Shown: positions 38,709 through 47,258, counted from the stretch's first letter. The stretch is DNA of 64,000 nt from Candidatus Bathyarchaeota archaeon (GCA_018396415.1 JAGTRE010000004.1:21380-85379); one strand, 5' to 3'. Numbers and translations: made by a program. Notes: a model not told the origin generated them from the letters alone.

Positions 38709-39548
38709 ATGGTGGATTGTTTGATTCGTCCTGCAATTCCTTGGCCAGCACTACTTATTGATGAAGGGATAGATAGGATTCTTGTAGTTGCTGATCTCCA
38801 TTTAGGTTTCGAGCATGAGCTTGCAAACATGGGCATCAATCTTCCATCTCAAACTTCTAAAATAAAAACGAAGCTTCTGGGGATACTTGAAGAACTTCGT
38901 CCATCTCGATTAGTTTTTTTAGGAGACGTGAAACATAGCATCCCTAAAATTTCTTTTCAAGAATGGCAGGATGTACCCTCATTTTTCGAAGCTATCCAAA
39001 GAATAGTTCGAGATATCATTGTTATTCCGGGTAATCACGACGGTGATCTTGAACCGTTAATTTTACCTTCCATTCAAATGGGTCCGATGAAGGGAATCGT
39101 TATAAGTCGTGTTGGTTTATTTCATGGACATGCTTGGCCGTCACCAGAGCATTTCTCCACAGACTATTGGATTATAGCACATAATCATCCGGTAATTCAT
39201 TTTCGTGACTCACTTGGCTTTCGAATTGTCCGCCAGGCTTGGATTAAGGCAAATTGTGATGGTCCTAAACTCGCTAAAGCCTTTCTCCAGTATTCTGGCA
39301 TTAAGCCTACGGGCGATCCAATTGAAACGTTTAGGCAGAATTTTAACATAGAGGTTAAAAGCCCAAAGTTGATTATAATGCCTGCTTTCAATGAAATGCT
39401 TGGTGGCTTACCAATTAATCTTGAGCAGCCCGAAGATTTGTTAGGCCCAGTTTTTCGGGCTGGAGCTGTGGATGTCGATGGAGCTGAAACATATCTTCTT
39501 GATGGGACATTTCTGGGAACAATTAGCCACCTTCGTCGCCTGGTTTAA
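38709..39548 (+). CDS. Metallophosphoesterase, SbcD/Mre11-related archaeal type (COG1407-like, MPE)
   Basis: ADLHLG, GDVKH, GNHDG, HGH, AHNHP. Confidence 0.7.
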   Translation: MVDCLIRPAIPWPALLIDEGIDRILVVADLHLGFEHELANMGINLPSQTSKIKTKLLGILEELRPSRLVFLGDVKHSIPKISFQEWQDVPSFFEAIQRIVRDIIVIPGNHDGDLEPLILPSIQMGPMKGIVISRVGLFHGHAWPSPEHFSTDYWIIAHNHPVIHFRDSLGFRIVRQAWIKANCDGPKLAKAFLQYSGIKPTGDPIETFRQNFNIEVKSPKLIIMPAFNEMLGGLPINLEQPEDLLGPVFRAGAVDVDGAETYLLDGTFLGTISHLRRLV

Positions 39549-39612
39549 TTCGTTAACTTAATATTCAACATACATGATTTTCTTTTGGATCTTTTAGGAG
39601 GTAGAGAGACGT

Positions 39613-41004
39613 TTGCAGTTTGACGTAATTATCGTTGGGGCGGGTCCTGCAGGTCTTTTCGCTGCTAATGAACTTTCAGAAGCAAATAAGTTGCGTACTC
39701 TCATAATTGACCAAGGATCCGACATCCAACATCGTAAATGTCCCGTCATGACATTATACAAGAGTTGTTCAAAATGCTCACCTTGTCAAGTGATGTGTGG
39801 TGTTGGTGGTGCTGGGACCCTCTCAAGCGGTCTTCTCAATCTTCGTCCAGACATTGGCGGTAACCTTGTGCAGCTTATCAAGAGCGACAAGGTCGCTTGG
39901 AGTCTTGTTAATTATGTCGACCAAATATTCCTAAAACACGGTGCGCCATCAAAACTCTATGCACCCAATCATGAAGATTCAGAAAAGCTCGAACGAGCTG
40001 CGGCAGCTGTAGGAGTTAAATTTATTCCAGTCCCACAACGTCATATCGGCACAGATAACGCTCCAAAGGTTATAGAGTCCATTGAACATCATCTAAAGAC
40101 CCGTGGTGTTAGGTTCCTTTTAAATAAAAGGGTTATCCGAATCGATAAGAATACTGTTACGCTAGAAGATGGAACAAGTTTCAACTGCAAATACATCCTT
40201 GTCGCCCCGGGTCGTAGTGGAGCAAAGTGGCTTGCCGAGGAGGCTAAGCGTCTAAAAATACCAACAAAATATGAGCCAGTCGATGTCGGGGTGCGGGTAG
40301 AAATCCCCTCGGTTGTTATGGAGCCAATTGTATCGGTGAGTCGGGATCCAAAATTTCACATTTACACCGCAACGTATGACGACTTCGTGCGTACTTTTTG
40401 TGTAAATCACGAGGGTTTTGTCGTTCAGGAGGTATACGACGATTTCATCGGGGTTAACGGTCATGCTATGGCTGAGCAGAAATCTGCGAACTCTAACTTT
40501 GCTCTGTTAGTTAGAGTTGAATTAACACAACCGCTTGAAGACACCTCAGCTTATGGTCGAACAATCGCGATGCAAACTACAACCTTGGGAGGTGGGCGCC
40601 CCTTGCTTCAGAGACTCGGCGATCTGGAGGGAGGGCATCGATCCACATGGGAAAGAATTGAACGCGGTAACGTACGACCAACCCTGCGTAATGTTACACC
40701 AGGTGATATTGCAATGGCCATGCCTCATCGAATTGTTGCAGACATAGTTGAAGGCCTCGAAAAATTAAACCACGTCATTCCCGGCGTCGCTTCAACATCA
40801 ACGCTTCTTTACGCTCCGGAGGTAAAATTTTCCGCAAACCGCGTATATACCAACAGAGATTTGGAAACTCCCATCGAAAATATTTTCGTAGCTGGAGACG
40901 GCGCTGGTTTATCCCGAGGATTGGTCACCGCCGCTGCAACCGGGATAATCGCTGCTCATGGCATTCTGAAAAAGGAAGGGATCACCCCGCCAAAATTAGA
41001 GTAG
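39613..41004 (+). CDS. FAD-dependent oxidoreductase (COG2509-like)
   Basis: VIIVGAGPAGLFAA Rossmann motif and C-terminal FVAGDGAG. TTG start follows AGGAGG. Confidence 0.6.
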   Translation: MQFDVIIVGAGPAGLFAANELSEANKLRTLIIDQGSDIQHRKCPVMTLYKSCSKCSPCQVMCGVGGAGTLSSGLLNLRPDIGGNLVQLIKSDKVAWSLVNYVDQIFLKHGAPSKLYAPNHEDSEKLERAAAAVGVKFIPVPQRHIGTDNAPKVIESIEHHLKTRGVRFLLNKRVIRIDKNTVTLEDGTSFNCKYILVAPGRSGAKWLAEEAKRLKIPTKYEPVDVGVRVEIPSVVMEPIVSVSRDPKFHIYTATYDDFVRTFCVNHEGFVVQEVYDDFIGVNGHAMAEQKSANSNFALLVRVELTQPLEDTSAYGRTIAMQTTTLGGGRPLLQRLGDLEGGHRSTWERIERGNVRPTLRNVTPGDIAMAMPHRIVADIVEGLEKLNHVIPGVASTSTLLYAPEVKFSANRVYTNRDLETPIENIFVAGDGAGLSRGLVTAAATGIIAAHGILKKEGITPPKLE

Positions 41005-41007
41005 CCA

Positions 41008-41139
41008 TGGTGGGGTCGGTGGGATTTGAACCCACGATCTCGAGGGTTCTCTAAACCCCCAAAGGTTACCCGAGCTTCCCGTAGCAAGGGTGCACTCCCT
41101 TGCAACCTCGAAGCCTAGACCATGCTAGCAGACGACCCC
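41008..41139 (-). tRNA. tRNA with a 53-nt intron; best reading is tRNA-Cys (GCA), but with an atypical A73 and a weak D-stem
   Basis: Manual fold: acceptor GGGGTCG/CGACCCC, anticodon stem CGAGG/CCTCG enclosing 60 nt. Every single-intron splice giving U33 and a class I-compatible anticodon (A34 excluded) yields the loop TTGCAAC or its 38/39-splice variant TTGCAAG, both with anticodon GCA. Variable loop AGATC, T-arm GTGGG-TTCAAAT-CCCAC, encoded CCA. The D-stem has only 3 pairs, with a U10.U25 mismatch. Confidence 0.6.
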
Positions 41140-41324
41140 TAGCATCTCAACCTTAAGATATACGCACATAAATTGTTTCCTTAAATTGGATATATTCTTA
41201 CCATAAAATCCTTCGTGTCTTGTTTAACCAAGCAGAGAATGTAACTAATATACACGTATGTGTTTAAACTCACTATTTCAGAATTTAAAATAAAGGGATA
41301 GCTAATCCTTGGGCATTGACCTTG

Positions 41325-41987
41325 GCATGCACGTGCAGATTAAAATTCAAGGTCATCGGACAAACTCTGGCGGTTTTCGTCAATTTTATGAAAGCGTTTG
41401 AGCCATATATAAAGGTCGAGTTTTTACAACATTGTACTTCAAAATCTGGAGTTCTTCACTCCTGAATCCCAACAACAAAGCCGCTTTGAAGGAGGAAGAC
41501 TTCGTTGATGATTACTCTTTTGCATGTTTTTGCTGCTTTGACTTCTTTGGAAGACCAATCGATAATTTTTATAAAGAGATAAATGGAAGAGCAAACCCGA
41601 AGGTTGAAGAAAACGTGGAAGGCTAGTGGAAGTAGCGAAAAAAGTTCATTAAGTTGTCAAATCCGGTTAGGCTAATGAAGCCGCATCATACATTAATCGT
41701 GATTGGTCCTTTCCTAATAATCCAGAGGGTTGGTGGTTTTTTGCCTATTACCGAGATCCCTATGACTTCGTTAGACTAACTATGCGTGCACAATCCGAGA
41801 AAGAAGAAAAATCGACGAGACCAAGATTGAATTAATCCAAATGAAAATCGATAAACACGAACTTTACAACATAATAGCCCATTACTCAATCCAAGCATTT
41901 CTATCCCACTACGGAGGAATCGGAGCACAGTTTGGCCAAGCAATTGATACCACCAAAGACCCAAGCAAACTCAACAATAACGACTAG
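41325..41987 (+). pseudogene. Possible decayed gene (a chain of same-strand ORF fragments in shifting frames)
   Basis: Consecutive plus-strand fragments: ..KFKVIGQTLAVFVNFMKAFEPYIKVEF.., ..NPNNKAALKEEDFVDDYSFACF..KEINGRANPKVEENVEG, ..ANEAASYINRDWSFPNNPEGWWFFAYYRDPYDF.., MKIDKHELYNIIAHYSIQAF... They are separated by stops or frame changes inside a 953-bp gene-free gap. Confidence 0.25.
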
Positions 41988-42092
41988 ATAACTTCATCGA
42001 CATTTAACGTATTTTTTTGCTTTTTCTTTCGACATTTGATAATACTTATAAGTTCTTTCCATGATTTCTATCAGAATTAATGGGGTTTTCCA

Positions 42093-43985
42093 TTGGGTAT
42101 GGAAGTTGGTTTGCTCACGGTTGATACGCCTGGTCAGCGCGTGTTGATGATGGGTAATGTGGCTATAGCGCGGGGAGCATTGGAAGCGGGGGTGCAGGTG
42201 GCAACTTCCTATCCGGGTACGCCTTCGTCAGAAATCATAGGTTCTTTGTGTCAAGTTGCTCGGCAGGCAGGTATTTATGTTGAGTGGTCAACTAATGAGA
42301 TGGTCGCTTTTGAAGTTGCTTTTGCCGCCTCGCTTGCCGGGGTTCGTTCGATTGTGGCTTGCAAGCACTTAGGCATGAATTGGATTGCTGACCCATTTCT
42401 AGTTTCAGCATATACAGGGGTTAATGGTGGTCTTATAATTGTTGTTGCGGATGATCCTCATCCTTATAGTTCCCAAAATGCTGAGGATACTCGGTATTAT
42501 GCTAAGCTCGCTAAAGTTCCGTGTTTAGAGCCTTCAGATGTTCAAGAGGCTAAGGATGTTATGGCCCTTGCCTTTGAATTATCTGAAACCCTACAATTGC
42601 CAGTAATGGTCCGCATAACCCCAAGGATTGCGCATACACGTGGGATCGTCGTTCTCGGGTCGATTTCTAGGTTGCGACGGAAGGCAAACTTTGAGAAAGA
42701 TTCAACGCGTTACGTTATGATTTCCTCAAACGCGCGAAACCGTCACGCGTGGCTTAACAAGCAATATGCGAGGGCAGCTGAGCTAGCAGAAACTTTTCAA
42801 CTGAATCGTTTAAAGTTAGCTCCTGGCGCTACTGTGGGTGTAATTGGATGTGGTCTATCTTATGGGTATGTCCGGGAAGCCCTTCATCTGCTAGGGGCAG
42901 AAAACCAAGTTTCAATCTTAAAACTAGCGACAGTTAACCCGCTTCCTACCCAACTTGTCTGTAAACTTCTTTCTTCTGTTACTACTGTATTAATAGTCGA
43001 GGAAATTGATCCGGTTATTGAGACGGATATCAGGTCACTAGCTCAAGGCTTAGGATTAAACCTGGAAATTAGAGGTAGACTAACAAACGACCTACCCCGA
43101 GAGCTTGAATTAACTCCGGATATTGTAACTGCAGCTCTGGCAAGGATCTTTGGCGCCTCCTACGACAGCAACGCCGCCTCGAATTATGTTATATCCGAAA
43201 TAAATAACCTAGTTACTCGGCGAACACCCTTCCTATGCGCTGGCTGTCCACATCGAGCAAGTTACTATGCGATTAAACAGGCTTTAAAAAAAGTTAATCG
43301 TGGCGGTATTGTGACTGGAGATCGCGGTTGTTATAACCAAGGAATCCACCCTCCGCTTAAAGCTATTGACACCTGCATCTGCATGGGTGCGAGCATAGCT
43401 ATGGCCTGTGGTTTCAGCAAAGTTGGAATAGAGGAACCAATTGTGGCTGTAATTGGGGACTCAACCTTCTTTCATGCCGGAATCCCAGCTTTGATAAACG
43501 CGGTTTACAACCACGCCAAAGTCACTGTCGTCATCTTAGATAATGGTTGGACTGCAATGACAGGGCACCAACCAAATCCTGCAACCGGCATTACTGCAAT
43601 GGGCGATCCAACAAAAATGTTGAAGCCTGAGGAATTGGCTATGGCATGTGGTGTTGATCATGTAAAGGTTGTTGATCCATACAATGTTAAAGCAACTATC
43701 GATTCAATTGTTGAAGCAATAAATCATCCTGAGCCATCGGTTGTGGTTTGCCGCCACATATGTACACTCCAAGAACTCCGTACAATGAAGTTAATGGGCA
43801 TAAAGCCAGCGCCATATAGTGTTAATCTCGACGAGTGTACTAGCTGCAAACTATGTCTTTTCCAATTAGGTTGCCCAGCTATGGCTGCTGAAAATGGTAA
43901 GGTGAAAATAGATACATACACATGCGTAGGATGCGGAGTCTGTGCACAGGTATGCCCAGTTGAAGCTATCAGGCGAGGTTCTTAA
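42093..43985 (+). CDS. iorA: Indolepyruvate:ferredoxin oxidoreductase alpha subunit
   Basis: 630 aa. N-terminal MGNVAIARGALEAGV..SYPGTPSSE, a TPP motif region GDSTFFHAG, and C-terminal 2x[4Fe-4S] (CTSCKLC..CP; CVGCGVCAQVCP). Confidence 0.85.
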   Translation: MGMEVGLLTVDTPGQRVLMMGNVAIARGALEAGVQVATSYPGTPSSEIIGSLCQVARQAGIYVEWSTNEMVAFEVAFAASLAGVRSIVACKHLGMNWIADPFLVSAYTGVNGGLIIVVADDPHPYSSQNAEDTRYYAKLAKVPCLEPSDVQEAKDVMALAFELSETLQLPVMVRITPRIAHTRGIVVLGSISRLRRKANFEKDSTRYVMISSNARNRHAWLNKQYARAAELAETFQLNRLKLAPGATVGVIGCGLSYGYVREALHLLGAENQVSILKLATVNPLPTQLVCKLLSSVTTVLIVEEIDPVIETDIRSLAQGLGLNLEIRGRLTNDLPRELELTPDIVTAALARIFGASYDSNAASNYVISEINNLVTRRTPFLCAGCPHRASYYAIKQALKKVNRGGIVTGDRGCYNQGIHPPLKAIDTCICMGASIAMACGFSKVGIEEPIVAVIGDSTFFHAGIPALINAVYNHAKVTVVILDNGWTAMTGHQPNPATGITAMGDPTKMLKPEELAMACGVDHVKVVDPYNVKATIDSIVEAINHPEPSVVVCRHICTLQELRTMKLMGIKPAPYSVNLDECTSCKLCLFQLGCPAMAAENGKVKIDTYTCVGCGVCAQVCPVEAIRRGS

Positions 43986-43989
43986 TTAT

Positions 43990-44613
43990 ATGGTGAAGAA
44001 ATCGGTTGATTTGATAATTTCTGGTGTGGGTGGACAAGGTGTAATTCTACTATCCACTATGATTGGAAGAGCTGCTATTAACGAAGGACTGGATGTAAAG
44101 ATTGCTGAAACCCACGGTCTTGCTCAACGTGGTGGATCTGTTGTAAGTCATGTGAGAATTGGGAGAAATATCTTCTCTCCGCTAATCCCTATTGGCCAAG
44201 CGGATGCTGTCATCGGTCTTGAGCCGCTGGAGGCAGCAAGATATGTTTCATTCATTCAGCCTGGTTCTGGAGTTATAATTTTTAATATAAAGCGTGTTCT
44301 GCCTTTGCCCGTTAGACTCGGGACGGAGAGTTACCCATCCATCGAGTCTTTAATCACTATATTACGCAAATATTCTTCCTGCATTTATCCAATAGACGCA
44401 GATCAAATTGCAGAAAAAGTTGGAAACATCCGTACTTCAAATATAGTTATGCTCGGGGCCCTTGCAGCTTCTCTTAGGCTTCCGTTTTCAATTGAGAGCC
44501 TTAAAGCCGTCGTTATGAGGGATGCGCCAAAGGGAACGGAAAATGCGAACCTACTGGCATTTACCTTGGGCGTTAGGGTTATGAAACATCTAATTGCAGG
44601 AAGGTCTTTATAA
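43990..44613 (+). CDS. iorB: Indolepyruvate:ferredoxin oxidoreductase beta subunit
   Basis: IISGVGGQGVIL and ETHGLAQRGGSV. ATG at 43990 is preferred over the track start at 43942, which lies inside iorA. Confidence 0.8.
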   Translation: MVKKSVDLIISGVGGQGVILLSTMIGRAAINEGLDVKIAETHGLAQRGGSVVSHVRIGRNIFSPLIPIGQADAVIGLEPLEAARYVSFIQPGSGVIIFNIKRVLPLPVRLGTESYPSIESLITILRKYSSCIYPIDADQIAEKVGNIRTSNIVMLGALAASLRLPFSIESLKAVVMRDAPKGTENANLLAFTLGVRVMKHLIAGRSL

Positions 44614-44710
44614 ATCGTGAGGATTTAGTAAGTAGTAGCGTACTTTAATTTTTTAAACAAAAATTATAACACTATCAATAGCTATGTGAGTCATCTTTGG
44701 GGATTAGGAT

Positions 44711-47005
44711 TTGTCTCGGCCTGTAAAGAAAGCTAGCTCAAAAGTATTCGATGCGGCTGCTTCACCGCTTCGTATTCAAATGCTTCGGCTTCTTAATATG
44801 CAAGGTCCTTTGGCTTATAGTGAAATTATGGAATTGTTGAACCTTGATCCAGGTCGTGATGCAGGAAAATTCGCTTACCATTTAAGAAGTGTCCTTCAGG
44901 CAAACCTAGTAGATGTTGATAAGGAAACCAAAAAGTATATGCTCACAGATCTCGGGCGTCTGGTCGTAGATTTCTCTCAAAACCTAGAAGAATACGCGAT
45001 GAAAAAAAGTCGCAAATTACTTGTTCGCACTTCTCGCGTTGCCATTGAGGATTTTGACCGAAATAAAATTGTTCAAGCCCTCGTGCGAGAAGCGGGCGTT
45101 CCAACCGAGCTCGCTGAGAAAATTGCGGGAGAAGCTGAAGAACGCCTTCTTCGTTTACAGACGAAGTATTTGACTGCACCCTTAATCCGAGAGTTTGTTA
45201 ACTCAATCCTCATCGAAAAAGGACTGGAAGAATATAGACACAAGCTTACACGCTTGGGACTTCCGGTTTACGACGTGACTCAACGTATTCGCGAAGCCAA
45301 AGAAGCTCTCCTCAATGTTGAGGCTATCCATAAAATGGCCGGAAACCGTGTCATGGAAGAATATATGCTTCTTAATATACTTCCTAGAGACGTCGCTGAC
45401 GCACACCTCTCTGGGGCACTACATCTATGTAATACCGGTTGTTGGATCATTAAGCCAAACGAAATACAACATGATCTCAGGGTTTTTTTCAATGAAGGTT
45501 TTCGTGCGGAGAGACTCGGTTTATTATCCGTAACATCTAATCCTCCGAGGTCCTTTGAAGAGGTCTTATTCCTTACGTTGAATGTGTTAAAGTCATCAAG
45601 TATTGAGGCAGCAGGTGAACAAGCACTTGATTACTTCAATGTTTTTATCGCGCCTTTCGTTAGAGGTATGCCTCCGGAGAGAATCAAGGAGCTTTTGAGG
45701 CTTTTTATTTTTAGTTTAGGTCAATCTTCATCCAATGGCTGTTTAGTTGAATCCACGTTAGGCTTCGAACTCTCCATTCCAGATCATCTCAAAAAGGTGG
45801 AAGCCATAGGTCCAGGAGGTAAATCGGCGGGCTACTATGGAGATTATGAAGATGAAGTACGTAAAATCTTCGAGGCAGTAATGGATATAATGTTTGAAGA
45901 CAGTGCTCATAAACCCATTTTTAACCCTCACATAGTTGTAAAGATTAGGCAGGACACCCTTAAAGATCCGTTATTATTAAAAGCACATAAACTTGCAGCA
46001 ACTTGTGGCATTCCATACTTCGCAAACTTATCCCAACAATGGCAATCTTACGCGAACTACACCGCATCCGGAACTCGTTTAGCATCCGAATGGACGCAGG
46101 ATTGGGAACTTGATACAATCAGAACAGGTAACCTAGATTGTGTATTAATCAACTTGCCTCGGATTGCTTACGAGGCGCAAGGAAACGATGAAAAATTCTC
46201 TGAGATACTAGAAAACCACATTAAAATGGCAAGTTTAGCGCTTGAAATCAAACACCAAATAATCGAAGAACACATGCAACATGGACTTTTGCCCTTCCTT
46301 ACGCAACAAACGGCTGGTGAATCTTATTTCCGCCTTGAAAATGCCACTCATCTCATCAGTTGTGTTGGCTTAAATGAAGCAATCAAAATACACACAGGTC
46401 ACCAAATCTTCGAAAGCGATGATTCGCTGTCTTTTGCCATTAAACTCTTCGAGGATATTACTGCCCGTGTAAAGCAGCAATCGCGAAAGCCTAGGTTTCG
46501 CTTCAGTTTATCGCAAACCTCTGATGAGCAGGCTGCACAGAGATTAGCTGAGCTCGATGTAGAAAAATATGGCTGGGCTAATGTGAGCGTGCAGGGAACT
46601 AAAGATGCTCCATATTACACGGATCTGACATTTTTACCATTAGAAGCCGATTTATCTTTAAATGATCGGTTGCAAATCGAAGGCAAATTTCACATGCTTA
46701 CTCATGGCGGTCACCTAGCGGTGATCATCTTAAAAGAACCTGAGCAAAGACCAGAGGATTTGTTAGTTAACACTGAGCGAGTATGTCAAACCTCCGGAGT
46801 AGGATTTTTTACATACACGCGGGATTTGACTTATTGTATGCATTGTCAACGGTTATTTGGAGGCATTTTGCAGAAATGTCCTCGTTGTAAATCATCAAAT
46901 ACGCTTACACACTATAGTCGTTCTTCAGCAAAATATCTTCCATTGCGCTGGTGGGCTCCCGCGAAGCGGGCAAATATAGCTCGACGCATATCTTATGGTT
47001 TATAA
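44711..47005 (+). CDS. ArsR-type wHTH + ATP-cone + catalytically inactive class III ribonucleotide reductase (NrdD-like) paralog
   Basis: It aligns by eye along its whole length with the downstream NrdD (shared AIGPGGK, NLP..AYEA, FTYTRDLT.C..C...CP.C). It lacks the radical Gly (SRSSAKY vs SRITGYY), the finger-loop Cys (SGTRLAS vs QCCRYYM) and the N-terminal Cys (KPNEIQHD vs RPFCQSHD). The N-terminal 95 aa are ArsR-like (PLRIQMLRLLNMQGPLAYSEIMELL..FAYHLRSVLQANLV). Confidence 0.75.
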   Translation: MSRPVKKASSKVFDAAASPLRIQMLRLLNMQGPLAYSEIMELLNLDPGRDAGKFAYHLRSVLQANLVDVDKETKKYMLTDLGRLVVDFSQNLEEYAMKKSRKLLVRTSRVAIEDFDRNKIVQALVREAGVPTELAEKIAGEAEERLLRLQTKYLTAPLIREFVNSILIEKGLEEYRHKLTRLGLPVYDVTQRIREAKEALLNVEAIHKMAGNRVMEEYMLLNILPRDVADAHLSGALHLCNTGCWIIKPNEIQHDLRVFFNEGFRAERLGLLSVTSNPPRSFEEVLFLTLNVLKSSSIEAAGEQALDYFNVFIAPFVRGMPPERIKELLRLFIFSLGQSSSNGCLVESTLGFELSIPDHLKKVEAIGPGGKSAGYYGDYEDEVRKIFEAVMDIMFEDSAHKPIFNPHIVVKIRQDTLKDPLLLKAHKLAATCGIPYFANLSQQWQSYANYTASGTRLASEWTQDWELDTIRTGNLDCVLINLPRIAYEAQGNDEKFSEILENHIKMASLALEIKHQIIEEHMQHGLLPFLTQQTAGESYFRLENATHLISCVGLNEAIKIHTGHQIFESDDSLSFAIKLFEDITARVKQQSRKPRFRFSLSQTSDEQAAQRLAELDVEKYGWANVSVQGTKDAPYYTDLTFLPLEADLSLNDRLQIEGKFHMLTHGGHLAVIILKEPEQRPEDLLVNTERVCQTSGVGFFTYTRDLTYCMHCQRLFGGILQKCPRCKSSNTLTHYSRSSAKYLPLRWWAPAKRANIARRISYGL

Positions 47006-47258
47006 ATTGTTCTTGTCCCCTTAAATTGCTCAACATTATATTTTATATGGCTTGCCTCCTAAATTTTTAATTAACTAAACACAAATTTTGTCGCGTCTTC
47101 ACAGTTTTATAAATCGAAGCTTTATTTTGTCGAATTTTTTGATTGAATTTGTACAAAATCTTAAAGTGTAGGTTCGATTACTTGTTTGCTCCTTGCTGGA
47201 AGGTAGCATAAATGCTCTTAAAGCAAATATTCTGGTTGCCTAGCACGCCGTTCAATAA

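Noticed and set aside
41008-41139. Box C/D sRNA inside the long tRNA intron (as in archaeal pre-tRNA-Trp)
   Set aside because: The 53-nt intron contains no UGAUGA or CUGA box pair.
41432-41964. Track ORFs 41432..41626(+) and 41776..41964(-), considered as real genes
   Set aside because: They are short and lack a plausible RBS or any motif. The plus-strand one looks like a fragment of a decayed gene (see the pseudogene call), and the minus-strand one is hydrophobic junk antisense to those fragments.
41008-42092. Integrated mobile element at the tRNA gene
   Set aside because: There is no integrase or transposase-like ORF, and I saw no direct repeat of the tRNA 3' or 5' half in the flanking 1 kb. 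The gap is better explained as a small pseudogene.
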